From contig CAXXFV010000023.1 of NCBI GenBank assembly GCA_963674595.2, positions 64,001 through 128,000 of the forward strand: a DNA stretch of 64,000 nucleotides. Reading direction: 5' to 3'. A program made the position numbers and the translations under genes. The notes beneath the pieces were generated by a model. That model saw only the letters and a program-made list of their open reading frames with translations. It was not told where the DNA came from and did no database searches. This document shows, piece after piece, positions 53,650 through 63,673 of the stretch. Source of the stretch: a bacterium (GTDB taxonomy: Bacteria; Zhuqueibacterota; Zhuqueibacteria; Residuimicrobiales; Krinioviventaceae). Every line of letters starts with the position of its first letter. Position 1 is the first letter of the stretch.

Positions 53650-55605
53650 TTATTTGGTAGTGAAATTGATTTTTTGAATGTTTTTGGCAATCTCTATCCG
53701 GTTGATAATAGATTCTATAAATATCTCGTACAACCTGTCCTTTAATATAAAGTCTTCAACACCCAAATCAATATTGGGATTATCATTCACTTCAACAACA
53801 TAAACCTTGTCATCAACCATTTTTAAATCAACACCATACAGGCCATCTCCAATTAATAATGATGCTTTTTGGGCTGTCTGCAAAACGTCTCGTGGGACCT
53901 TGTCAATGCTTAATGTTTCCCAATCGCCGGATTTGTCTATTTCATCACTTTTCCAGTTATATATCTGCCAGTGATTTTTTGACATGTAATATTTACAGGC
54001 AAAAAGAGGATTATTATCCAGCATCCCGATTCTCCAGTCAAACTCGGAATAAAGAAATTCCTGACAAATAATCATATCAGACTTTTTGAATAAATGTTTA
54101 ATTGCCGAAACCGCTTCCTCAATATTTTCAGCTTTGGTAACCCCCAGGGAAAAGGCACTATCAGGTTGTTTTAGCACCAGGGGAAAGTTCATCTGTTCTA
54201 AAATTTTTTTATTAAACAGATTTTTTGTGAAAACGGTTGTTTTTGGCGTTAATATTTTATGTTTTTTAAAAATTTCATTCTGATATATTTTATTAGAACA
54301 TTTGAGAATGGACCAGGGATCATCAATAACAACAAGGCCTTCGGCATAGGCCATTTTTGAAATTTCATAGGTGTGGTCATTAACGCTGGTGGTTTCTCTT
54401 ATAAAAAGTGCATCGAATTCGTTTATTTTATCTCTGTCTGCTTTGGTGATAAACTCTGCATAGACACCTTTTTTATTGGCTGCATTTACAAATTTCTGCA
54501 AAGCGTCCGGACAGGATGGAGGAGTATCTTCCTGTGGATTTACAAGTATGGCCAGATCGTATTTAAAGTTTGTTAATTTGGAGATATTGAATCTCTTTTT
54601 ATTGAAATATTTTCTGGCAAACTCATACACGATATCAAAATCGTCTTTAGGTATTTTGTTTAATGTTAAAAAGGAAATATCTTTGATGAGCCATTTATCG
54701 TGCTTGACAAAATCAATTTTAAAAAGTGGCGCTTCGAAAAGTTGGTAAAGTTTTAATGATAAAGCCTTATAAGCTTTTGCATTTGTTTGTCCAAAATAGA
54801 TATTCAAAGAAAAAGAATTACCATTTTCTTTATTTAAGGATTTATTTATCAGTTCATCAATATCATAGGCCGCTGAATGAATGACTTTGAGAATTTTATA
54901 ATCTCTGATTGTAGATGTGCTTGGGATGACACGCTGTCCCCGGGCCGAGGCGAGTAATGAAACATAATAACCATAACTTTGATACCTGTATGAACTGCAC
55001 AGGTTAAATATTCTAAAATCTGAACTATTTTGGTATATAGGATTATTTATGTATTCTTTGACAGTGATTATTGTAGCATTGATTTCCGGCAAATTCCATT
55101 TATAAGGTTGATTAATAACAATGACGTTTCTTGTTTTTTTGGATATTGATATTGCATTGGTTTTATATTCCATTTTCAATGCATTATCACCATTGCTATA
55201 ATAATCCGACAAAATATTCTGTTCGGCAAATCCTCTAGTTTTATACCAATCAACAAGTTTTGTGTTATTGGCATTTACCTCGAGCATTACTTTTTCAATT
55301 TGGTTTCTGTTTGCCAGTTCAAAAACATGCTTAAGCAATACATCCCCAATACCCATATTTTGATGTGCCGGAAGGACGGCAATTGAATAAATTCGGATGG
55401 TTTTTTTATATTTAAATAAAACAACGGCACCAACACCTTCCTTATGTTGCCCGGTTTCGGCAATCAGAATTTCCTGAAATTTGCTATTGATACCATGTTT
55501 TATATTTTGTTTTGAATTTCTTTGAAAAGGGGGGAATGATTCATTTTCCAGTTTCAGCAAGAAATTCAGGTCATTAACCTCAGCTTTCCGAATACTAATA
55601 TTCAT
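53650..55605 (-). CDS. GNAT acetyltransferase fused to RLAN + RimK-like ATP-grasp ligase
   Basis: IYSIAV..Q..GIG, LEV...N, YY; NLCSSYRYQSYGYYVSLLA; DALFIRETT, KQPDSAFS.GV, GVDLK, EVNDNP. Confidence 0.88.
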   Translation of the reverse strand: MNISIRKAEVNDLNFLLKLENESFPPFQRNSKQNIKHGINSKFQEILIAETGQHKEGVGAVVLFKYKKTIRIYSIAVLPAHQNMGIGDVLLKHVFELANRNQIEKVMLEVNANNTKLVDWYKTRGFAEQNILSDYYSNGDNALKMEYKTNAISISKKTRNVIVINQPYKWNLPEINATIITVKEYINNPIYQNSSDFRIFNLCSSYRYQSYGYYVSLLASARGQRVIPSTSTIRDYKILKVIHSAAYDIDELINKSLNKENGNSFSLNIYFGQTNAKAYKALSLKLYQLFEAPLFKIDFVKHDKWLIKDISFLTLNKIPKDDFDIVYEFARKYFNKKRFNISKLTNFKYDLAILVNPQEDTPPSCPDALQKFVNAANKKGVYAEFITKADRDKINEFDALFIRETTSVNDHTYEISKMAYAEGLVVIDDPWSILKCSNKIYQNEIFKKHKILTPKTTVFTKNLFNKKILEQMNFPLVLKQPDSAFSLGVTKAENIEEAVSAIKHLFKKSDMIICQEFLYSEFDWRIGMLDNNPLFACKYYMSKNHWQIYNWKSDEIDKSGDWETLSIDKVPRDVLQTAQKASLLIGDGLYGVDLKMVDDKVYVVEVNDNPNIDLGVEDFILKDRLYEIFIESIINRIEIAKNIQKINFTTK

Positions 55606-55748
55606 AATCTAAACTAGATTCTTTTTTTAACATCATGAACACCTAAAAGTTTAATGTAACAATAACCGGTTGTTTTGTTTACAAGTTAGTAAAGTTTTAA
55701 TATTAACACTATTACTTTTTAATATTTAGCAAATGAAATTGTTCAGTT

Positions 55749-56117
55749 TTATTTTTTAAACATAAAATAAACAGCCAGGATTAAAAATATAAAGGCAATG
55801 ATATGATTCGTACGGAGTGTTTCCGTTTTAAATACAAGGAGTGTGAAAAGTGAGAAAATAACCAGCGTTATTACTTCCTGGATAACTTTTAAATGCAACA
55901 GTGAAAAAGGTCCGCCGTTTGCCTTGAATCCTATTTTGTTTGCCGGGACCTGAAAAATATATTCAAATAACGCAATCCCCCAACTGATGAGAACGATTGA
56001 TACAAGCCCTAATTTACTGAACCATTTCCATTCGGCAAATTTTAAATGCCCATACCAGGCAACGGTCATAAATGAGTTGCTTAGGACCAATAGCCCAATT
56101 GTCAGGATTCCTTTCAT
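55749..56117 (-). CDS. DMT-family (DUF486) small membrane protein
   Basis: SNSFMTVAWYGHLK, SWGIALFEY..QVPANKIG, LKVIQEVITL. Confidence 0.9.
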   Translation of the reverse strand: MKGILTIGLLVLSNSFMTVAWYGHLKFAEWKWFSKLGLVSIVLISWGIALFEYIFQVPANKIGFKANGGPFSLLHLKVIQEVITLVIFSLFTLLVFKTETLRTNHIIAFIFLILAVYFMFKK

Positions 56118-56518
56118 TTTAATTTATCTTCCGTATGTTTGAAATAATACCTTTCTCAATTCATTTTAAAAACACGAAATATAAATAAATGAAAGTTTTA
56201 GAAAAAGAAAAAAATTTTCAATATGTCACGTTGTGCACAAAATCTTGTAATTTTAATATAAAAATCAGGCTTTCCTGGTAAAATTTAAAAGCCGGGATCG
56301 GTCTTTTTATTACCTCTTGTTAAACCAGCTTTTAGAGTCTTTTATTACAAGAATCTTTGTTTAGCTATGATGTTTGTAATTAATTAGAAATTAATAATGG
56401 AAAATATTTAATATAATTTATACCTGTTCTCATTTATGCCGACACAAGATGATGCATTGTGTGAAAAGATTTTGAAAAAAGTCTGTATTTGGTTGTATTT
56501 CAAGACCTTTAATATCAG

Positions 56519-57163
56519 TTAATTATTGATGTTTTGTAATAACGCCGCATAATAATCTCTATGAGCATCCTTAGATTTAGACCATAATTTACTGATTAAA
56601 AGATATTTTTTAGTTTGGTCTTTAATTACCGAACATGACACAATTAATTCTTTAAAATCGATCACTGTATCCAAAATAATTGTACTATAATGATTTCCAT
56701 TTTCAAAGCTTAATGTTCCAATATTCACCGTTGTATCGGATTTAATGATTTTATTTTCAAAGTTATAATTTAAATCTTCCTGAAGATAATTGTACCTGAT
56801 TTTTTCATCTTCAAGATCATTCCATTGAGGTGGTATTTCCGTAAAGAACACCTCAATATATGAGTTAAAGTATTTTGCAAAATCAGGATGATTTAGACTT
56901 GTTTTTGACAAACATAATATTTTTTTATTTTGATGTGAAATGACTGATGCATCAACATCATTAATATTTGGATTGGCAATAACAATACTTTGGCTGTTAT
57001 TATCAATATTAAAAATATACCAATTATCAACTTCCGGTAACTGGAAATAATAATTTTTAAATGATATTGTTCGGTTTTCATAATTATTAGGAAATTCCAA
57101 TATTTGAACGTGACTACAAGATACCATTAAAGTCATGATGATGATTGCTACAAGTTTTTTCAT
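56519..57163 (-). CDS. Hypothetical lipoprotein
   Basis: AGGAG RBS; MKK + hydrophobic + VSC lipobox. Confidence 0.65.
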   Translation of the reverse strand: MKKLVAIIIMTLMVSCSHVQILEFPNNYENRTISFKNYYFQLPEVDNWYIFNIDNNSQSIVIANPNINDVDASVISHQNKKILCLSKTSLNHPDFAKYFNSYIEVFFTEIPPQWNDLEDEKIRYNYLQEDLNYNFENKIIKSDTTVNIGTLSFENGNHYSTIILDTVIDFKELIVSCSVIKDQTKKYLLISKLWSKSKDAHRDYYAALLQNINN

Positions 57164-57254
57164 TTTTTCTCCTTATTTATTTCTTGTATAGAGTGGTCCC
57201 ATAATTTTATATAGATAGTAAAATTTCCTGGTTGTTGTGGTGGTTTTATTTCAA

Positions 57255-57389
57255 GGGCTAGAGCCTGGTCGTGATGGGTATGTCATTCACCGCTCTTAAG
57301 AGCGGTGTTGATGTTTTTGAGTACTTGATTTAAAAATTTCAGTTTGTTTTGCTTGGTAATAAAGATGTTCAACTTTGGCTTTCAGCGCG
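57255..57389. repeat. Degenerate REPIN-like palindrome cluster
   Basis: gggctagagcc; perfect palindrome CACCGCTCTTAAGAGCGGTG (57288-57307); ggctttcagcgc. Confidence 0.55.
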
Positions 57390-57421
57390 TACTATATATT
57401 TTTAAACTTACAAATAGACAA

Positions 57422-58234
57422 TTATTTCCCATCTAATATATTTTGTAAATTTTGTATTATTTCGTTATTTATCAATTGGGTGTAATCATGCGTTATGATG
57501 TTGAATTGTTTAAATACCATAGGTTCATTTTCAGGAATGAATTTGTTATCATTATTACGGTCAATACCAATTTCTATAATTATTTTATCCGAATTTTCCA
57601 ACCGATAAGAGTGGAGTATAAATTCATCTTTTTTGTTAATTCTTTTCATTTCTTTAGAGTATATATCATATGAGTATAATGACAGTAAATCATTTTTATT
57701 TAAATAACCATCATTATTTGAATCATTTTCACATAAAACGAGAAACAGATATTTTTTGTTAGCAATAGAATAAACAATATAATCAATAATACTGACTCTA
57801 CGATCAAATACGGGATATGAAACCTCATCTTTGGAATTAAAGATCAATATATTGTTCATATTTTCATACCCTGAATAGTATCCGTACGAGGAGGAGGAAG
57901 GCGAATATTGTTGGTACGTATCGGGTATATCGATTACTTCCATTTTGAGTGCCTCAGAAATTAACTCAGGCTCTTTAAGGGATTTTTGATATACAGGAAT
58001 AATATATGTTTGTTTTGTAGAGTCAATGAGGTCGATTGTTCTAAAATTGATGAGTTGAGCCCGTTTATTTTCTTTTAAGAGTTTATCAATTTTTTTTTCG
58101 GATAAAACTTGGTTTTTTTGTACTCTTGAAGGAATTATCTCTTTTATGATTTCGTAAAGACCAATTGTCAAGATAATTATAGCTAGAGATAATGTAATTG
58201 ATAGTAGAATTGTGTTAAATTTTTTCAGATTCAT
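57422..58234 (-). CDS. Hypothetical membrane-anchored protein with DxNxDG-type Ca-binding loops
   Basis: N-terminal TM; DSNNDGYLNKND, DRNNDNKF. Confidence 0.65.
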   Translation of the reverse strand: MNLKKFNTILLSITLSLAIIILTIGLYEIIKEIIPSRVQKNQVLSEKKIDKLLKENKRAQLINFRTIDLIDSTKQTYIIPVYQKSLKEPELISEALKMEVIDIPDTYQQYSPSSSSYGYYSGYENMNNILIFNSKDEVSYPVFDRRVSIIDYIVYSIANKKYLFLVLCENDSNNDGYLNKNDLLSLYSYDIYSKEMKRINKKDEFILHSYRLENSDKIIIEIGIDRNNDNKFIPENEPMVFKQFNIITHDYTQLINNEIIQNLQNILDGK

Positions 58235-58377
58235 TTTTAACTCTTTATTAAATAAATTGTATTATGTTGTGTTCGTGTGGCACAAGCCCCTCAATAAAGT
58301 TGAGGACAAATATTAAATCATTCTAAAAAATATTTATCGACCGGGAACGCTCCATCGTTCTTATAATCAGTTGCGCT

Positions 58378-58432
58378 GAAAACAGTGAAATGATTATTTA
58401 CAATCTCCGCCTCTTCCTCGTGTCAAAAATAA
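58378..58432 (-). repeat. Partial (3') copy of the promoter-leader repeat
   Basis: atgatt...tacaatctc...ctcttcctcgtg..aaaataa shared with 60327-60370 and 34532-34563. Confidence 0.55.
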
Positions 58433-58450
58433 GATACAAAAATATATTTG

Positions 58451-58672
58451 TTACTTTGCAATTTTTAAAAAGAAATACAAGATAAATATTATTATATAAA
58501 AAAAACACCATAATCCGAAAATAATCATAATAATCCCTATAGATATAGCCCATTTCCCCTCAAATGGTTTCTTCCTGCTAAAGGGATTCGATAAATATTT
58601 TGTTTTAATCGCTATTATTCCGCTAAATGCACCCAGGCACATGCCTATCGAAAGTATTAAAACTCCAATCAT
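58451..58672 (-). CDS. Small hypothetical 2-TM protein
   Basis: Two hydrophobic segments; co-oriented with neighbours. Confidence 0.45.
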   Translation of the reverse strand: MIGVLILSIGMCLGAFSGIIAIKTKYLSNPFSRKKPFEGKWAISIGIIMIIFGLWCFFYIIIFILYFFLKIAK

Positions 58673-58757
58673 TATTTTTCCAATAAAAAGTAGAAATTTT
58701 ATTCATTTCAAAAATTTGTGGTTATCCGAATTATAATTTACCAATACGTTAAGCGAG

Positions 58758-60182
58758 TTAGAATTTCCTTCTAAAATGTAAATAATTTTTCCCATCACTC
58801 GATATGGGAAATTTTTTAAGGTTTCTGGCAACATCACCGGCATCAAACATCAAATAAATACGATTATCAACATAAAATTTTATGTCTTTTTCAACATCCA
58901 GAATATGATTCTCTTCCTCTCCGTATTTTTGAACCATTACCGGAATATTTCCTGTATTTTTAACCGTAACCGTATCTTTAACATAGAATCCTTTTATAAA
59001 ATCTCTGACAATAAAGTAGGGATTACTTGTATTTATGTCTTGTTTTAAGAGATTTAATTCTTTGTCTTGGTCAAAAATACTCAGATCCATCAGCAAAGCA
59101 TTGACATTTATATCCGCCTCAAGGTTTATTGCTATATTCTCTCCAAGCTGGTTTGTTGTATTTCCATTCATTGTGAGTTTTGTTGAATTTTGTCCCATAT
59201 TCATAAGGTTTTGCCCTGTACTTCCTGTCCGGCTGGAGCCATGATAGGCCGTTAACTTTAGTATGGAATATTCATCCATATTGTTCAAATTAATCGTGGA
59301 TGTCGGCGGCAACAGGTTGATTGTTTCAGGGTACACTGAAAAGGCCGGATTTTCAACAGAAAGGGTGACGTCCTTTATATCATGATCACCTGTATTGATC
59401 AAAATAAAGAAAAAGTCAGTTGTTTTTCGAATATCGCCTAAATCAAAAGAAAGATTTTGCGTTTGTTTCGTTTCTGATGATGGTTTAAACAACGTATTGG
59501 TGATATTTTCAAGCCACGTTAGCTGAAAACTTCCTGCATTATGGCTTTCTGCGACATCCATGGATACGTTGATATTGGCATTCCCGCCGTTGGTCAATAG
59601 AGATATTATCCCTGAATATTGACCTGCTTGCATATTATTACGATTGACGGTTACCCTGATACGGCTGGAATCTGATAATGTGCTTCCTGCGGACGGTGAG
59701 ACATCAAACCAGTTTTTGTTAAAATTCAGAATCCAGTCAAGTTTTCCTGTACCGGCATTGGAGATTACAAATTCCAGTTCATTTTTCGTGGAATCAAAGT
59801 CTAAAGAAAGATGAGATATGGAAAGAATTGGGTTTTGTCCCACATTTAAAATAATCGCACTTTTGTCGGTGCTGTATGGGTCACTGACTTTGACATTACA
59901 TTGATACTCGCCGACTATTTCCGGGGCCTGCCAGAGGACGGTATCCCCATTGACACCCATTGGAAAAACACCCTGATCAGAACTCCATGTGTATGTCAGT
60001 TTGTCCTTGTCGGGATCGTTTGCAATAACAATTAATGTACATGTTTGTGCTGTTTCAATTTTGAGAGGTTTTGCAAGGATATAGTCTATTTCCGGTTTGT
60101 TATTTTCAGGTTCGGTGACATTTTCTTCACATTGATAAAAAACGAGTAAAAGCAAAACCAATACAAATTTTTTGTGTGCCAT
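58758..60182 (-). CDS. Lipoprotein with Ig/PKD-like and BACON-like domains
   Basis: Lipobox FYQC; ANDPDKDKLTYTW, WQAP; ISNAGTGKLDW...WFDVSP..G...GQYSG. Confidence 0.7.
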   Translation of the reverse strand: MAHKKFVLVLLLLVFYQCEENVTEPENNKPEIDYILAKPLKIETAQTCTLIVIANDPDKDKLTYTWSSDQGVFPMGVNGDTVLWQAPEIVGEYQCNVKVSDPYSTDKSAIILNVGQNPILSISHLSLDFDSTKNELEFVISNAGTGKLDWILNFNKNWFDVSPSAGSTLSDSSRIRVTVNRNNMQAGQYSGIISLLTNGGNANINVSMDVAESHNAGSFQLTWLENITNTLFKPSSETKQTQNLSFDLGDIRKTTDFFFILINTGDHDIKDVTLSVENPAFSVYPETINLLPPTSTINLNNMDEYSILKLTAYHGSSRTGSTGQNLMNMGQNSTKLTMNGNTTNQLGENIAINLEADINVNALLMDLSIFDQDKELNLLKQDINTSNPYFIVRDFIKGFYVKDTVTVKNTGNIPVMVQKYGEEENHILDVEKDIKFYVDNRIYLMFDAGDVARNLKKFPISSDGKNYLHFRRKF

Positions 60183-60319
60183 GTTAGCCCCTTTTATTTA
60201 GTCTCATAGATTAACAAGTGACATGTCACCTTGGTCATATTCATTTAACACAGACCTTGTGGTCATGTCATGAGCGAAAAAGTCTTTAGCCAACGTATCA
60301 AGATTTACGAAAAGCTTGA

Positions 60320-60495
60320 CAGGAATTTGATTATCGATTCGATACAATCTCTTCCTCGTGCCTAAAATAATACCCGTGTTTAAAAATGGAAAATCAGTGA
60401 GAAACGTTTCAGAATTACCCGTAAATGACCAACCGTTCTGAAAAAGTCACAGACTGATATTTAATGATACAAATTCCAGAGGAACCACGCAAGAG
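60320..60495 (-). repeat. Promoter-leader dispersed repeat, divergent copy 4
   Basis: TTGCGT-17-TATCAT (60492-60464); ATCAGT..ACTGAT and TCAGAA..TTCTGA stems; ACGAGGAAGAG. Confidence 0.7.
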
Positions 60496-60563
60496 ATTTT
60501 TATATGAAATTTTAATGGGATTTGTATAGGAAAATCCCCCTTTTGCTATAGGGACTAGTTTTT

Positions 60564-62456
60564 TTATTTAAAAGCCGGTTTTCTTTCCAGCCAGACTGCC
60601 ATTTCTCCGGCACCCCGATGTGACCATGCATAATAGGGAATGGCTGTTAATGTTCTCTTTTCACCGGATTTATCCAATACCTGTCCGGTAATAACATCAA
60701 TTCCGTTTAACATGTCTTTTTGATGTTTTACCTCAAATTCGGCATCATCCGGGATGACAAGATCAAAGACCGTGTTATTGTTATCCATCCATTCAGCACA
60801 ATAAACCAGGGGACCCCGGCCCAGGGCAACTTTGGTTCTATTTCCCGTTACCTTGTCGTGAGAGATAATCCGGCGTACCGGCATGGGCAGGTCCAGCTCG
60901 ATCATGTCTCCTGCTGCCCATTTTCGGTTTATAAGGGCATATCCATTTTCCATTTCAACATGGACCGGCTGGCCGTTCAATTGTATGGTATATTTTTCCG
61001 GGTTTTCATCCAAATAACGATACAGATCAGCGGGCATGGGTTTGTTTAAAGCCCATCCGGGAATACGAACCTTGAGCGAAAATTTTGTATCTGTTTCAGG
61101 ATTTATTTTTATTGTCACCTTGCCTTGCCACGGATAGTCTGTTATCTGTTCTATCGCAATATTGGTATTATTAATTTGGAGGGTTGTTTTACCGGCAATA
61201 AACAGATTGACATATAACACATCGTTTTGATGGGCATAGATATAGCCGGGTATTGAAGGCATAAAACGGCTTACATTTGTGGGACAGCATGAGCAGTCAA
61301 ACCAGGGCTGGCGGGTGAGTGCACCGATGTTAAACTTGAATTTTCCGTCTGATTCCAGACTGTTGGGATAAAAAAACGAATCACCGGACAGTGACACACC
61401 TGAAATCATCCCGTTGTAAAGAATACGTTCCAGGACATCCATATACCTGGCGTGACCGTGAAATAAAAACATTCGATGGGTCCAGTAAATATTGCCGATT
61501 GCTGCGCAGGTCTCATTATAGGCGGTCAGGTTGGATAATTCATAATTTTCACCAAATTTTTCTCCCTCATGCCGTGAACCGATGCCGCCTGTGATGTACA
61601 TTTTTTTTGAAACCATGTTTTCCCAAATTTTATCAACCGCCTTTATATAATCAGCGTTGTTCATTAGCACACCAATGTCGGTCATTGCCGCATACATATA
61701 AACCGCCCGGACAGCATGTCCGACAGCTTGTTCCTGCTCCGTAACCGGCTGATGGTCCTGGCTATAATCGCCATAAAGATTATGGTTTTCCGCGCGTCCC
61801 CGTTGATCAAGAAAAAATTTTGCCATGTCCAGATATTTTTGATGTTTCGTAATGTTGTATAATTTGACAAGACCGGTTTCAATAACCTGGTGCCCGGGTA
61901 CATCGTATTTTTTTCCGGGACCAAAAGTGTCCACAATTAAATCAGCGTTTTTTAGCGCCACATTCAAAAAGTTTGATTTGCCCGTAGCATGATAATGTGC
62001 CGCGGCAGCTTCATACATGTGCCCTGCATTATATAACTCGTGACTGAATCCCAGGTCGTGCCAGCGAGGTCCTGCTTGCAGCCAGGGCGCCGGTGATTTT
62101 TCAGGATGAAGGGTTTTCCATGTACAAAGATATCCGTCGTCTTCCTGTGCGGCGGCAATTTGTTCTATGATCTCGTCAAGATATTTTTTCAGGTCCGGGT
62201 CCGGGTGTGTTTGCAAAGAGTAAGCAGCTCCTTCGATTATTTTATAAACGTCCGAATCATCAAAGGGATTTTTCCCTTCATAGTCTCCGTTCAACAGGCT
62301 GCCTGCTTTTGCAAAATTTTTGATCCGGCCTTCATGCCGGCATTTTTTAAAACCAAAGGGAATTGTAACTGTTCTGTTAATTTCGATACGTTTGTTCCAA
62401 AACAGGTCTGTTAATTTTACATGTGTCATTGCTACAGGTGTAATTGGGTAGGTCAT
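60564..62456 (-). CDS. GH127 beta-L-arabinofuranosidase family
   Basis: FDDSDVYK, HELYNAGH, GHAVRA, ETCAAIG, CSCCPTN. Confidence 0.93.
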   Translation of the reverse strand: MTYPITPVAMTHVKLTDLFWNKRIEINRTVTIPFGFKKCRHEGRIKNFAKAGSLLNGDYEGKNPFDDSDVYKIIEGAAYSLQTHPDPDLKKYLDEIIEQIAAAQEDDGYLCTWKTLHPEKSPAPWLQAGPRWHDLGFSHELYNAGHMYEAAAAHYHATGKSNFLNVALKNADLIVDTFGPGKKYDVPGHQVIETGLVKLYNITKHQKYLDMAKFFLDQRGRAENHNLYGDYSQDHQPVTEQEQAVGHAVRAVYMYAAMTDIGVLMNNADYIKAVDKIWENMVSKKMYITGGIGSRHEGEKFGENYELSNLTAYNETCAAIGNIYWTHRMFLFHGHARYMDVLERILYNGMISGVSLSGDSFFYPNSLESDGKFKFNIGALTRQPWFDCSCCPTNVSRFMPSIPGYIYAHQNDVLYVNLFIAGKTTLQINNTNIAIEQITDYPWQGKVTIKINPETDTKFSLKVRIPGWALNKPMPADLYRYLDENPEKYTIQLNGQPVHVEMENGYALINRKWAAGDMIELDLPMPVRRIISHDKVTGNRTKVALGRGPLVYCAEWMDNNNTVFDLVIPDDAEFEVKHQKDMLNGIDVITGQVLDKSGEKRTLTAIPYYAWSHRGAGEMAVWLERKPAFK

Positions 62457-62521
62457 TCTGTTTCCGTTTCGTTTTAAAAGAAGTTATATTATGGTGTTGT
62501 AACCTGGTTTGTTTGTGCCGA

Positions 62522-63583
62522 TTAATAATTCTTGAAAATAAACCCGGCAATTTCCGCCGCTCCTTGTAAAGAGTAACCGGCCCATTTTATTGGTTTTTGT
62601 GCTATATTTTTAAGAGACTGTTCCCACGCTCCGTTTTTAAAATCATCATATAAAAGTTTTTCACTAACACACTCTTTCTGCAAAACATCTTGCAGGACTT
62701 TTTCTTCGGCAAAGTCCTTTCGTGGAATATAAAGTATGGGTGTCTGGTTTATAATCGTTTCCGATACAATTCCGTAGCCGGGTTTGGAAATCACCATATC
62801 ACAGGCATTGAGAATGTCCTGAAAGGGAAGAAGGCCTTCCTGAAAAAATTGGATATTGCTACATTTTATTTTTCGGGAAGAACTGATAAAGGTATAGCCG
62901 GTAATGGATTCGATTTTTTCCCAGTTAACATCGGCCAGGTCCTGTTCACGAAGGGCCAGTAAAACGATTTTTTTGGTATGATTGTGTAATCCCAGTTTTT
63001 GCAGGACACTTGTTTTATCCATTGAAGCTTTGCGGCCTACCAGAGAAACATCCTTAATTTTTGGAAACACGCTCATGTCGCCGTAAAAAGGCAATCGAAG
63101 CAGAATGTCGGCTTTTTTATAAGATTGCTGAATGTCGTCAATGACAAATTTATATTGATGGTACTCTGAAATCCAGGCCTGGTATATCCAGTCCCATGAA
63201 AAATTACCGACGGCAATGGCTGGTATAGTTGTTTCCTTTGCCGCATCAAAGGCAAAGGGAATAATATCGCTGACGACGAGATTGATTTTATTTTCTTTAA
63301 GAAAATTTATCTCCCCGGTTAAAAGCTGGTCTTTGTTGCTTATCAGGTCAGCGTATTTTTCGAGTGTTTGTTGTTTGTCGATGCTAAAGCTGTCCTGCTG
63401 AATTGCCCCAAAATCCAGGTGGTTTTCATAATATCGGATTTTGTTCAAGTCGTTAAACAGCCATTGTGGTGCGCTTGTTCTGACAAATATATTAGTATTT
63501 TTCCCTAAAAGCGCTTTAATAATTTCAATTGAACGGACTGTGTGACCATACCCGTGTCCGGTTATATAATAGACAATATTCAT
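62522..63583 (-). CDS. GT-B fold protein resembling the L-arabinokinase N-terminal domain
   Basis: YYITGHGYGH..R, VVSDI, NFSWDWIY, SKPGYGIVSE, R..FAEE. Confidence 0.75.
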   Translation of the reverse strand: MNIVYYITGHGYGHTVRSIEIIKALLGKNTNIFVRTSAPQWLFNDLNKIRYYENHLDFGAIQQDSFSIDKQQTLEKYADLISNKDQLLTGEINFLKENKINLVVSDIIPFAFDAAKETTIPAIAVGNFSWDWIYQAWISEYHQYKFVIDDIQQSYKKADILLRLPFYGDMSVFPKIKDVSLVGRKASMDKTSVLQKLGLHNHTKKIVLLALREQDLADVNWEKIESITGYTFISSSRKIKCSNIQFFQEGLLPFQDILNACDMVISKPGYGIVSETIINQTPILYIPRKDFAEEKVLQDVLQKECVSEKLLYDDFKNGAWEQSLKNIAQKPIKWAGYSLQGAAEIAGFIFKNY

Positions 63584-63635
63584 GCGTTTCCGTATCTCCG
63601 TAAGTAAAAAGAATTTGCACGAGTCATTTTAAGAT

Positions 63636-63668
63636 AAAAAAAAAGAGTTCTTGAAAGAACTCTTTTTT
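63636..63668. terminator. Intrinsic terminator
   Basis: aaaaaaaaa-GAGTTCTT-ga-AAGAACTC-tttttt just after the OPT stop. Confidence 0.8.
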
Positions 63669-63673
63669 AAATA

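Noticed and set aside
49749-60182. Classical integron (IntI + attC cassettes)
   Set aside because: The recombinase lacks the IntI-specific insertion, and no RYYYAAC...GTTRRRY attC hairpins were recognised in the spacers
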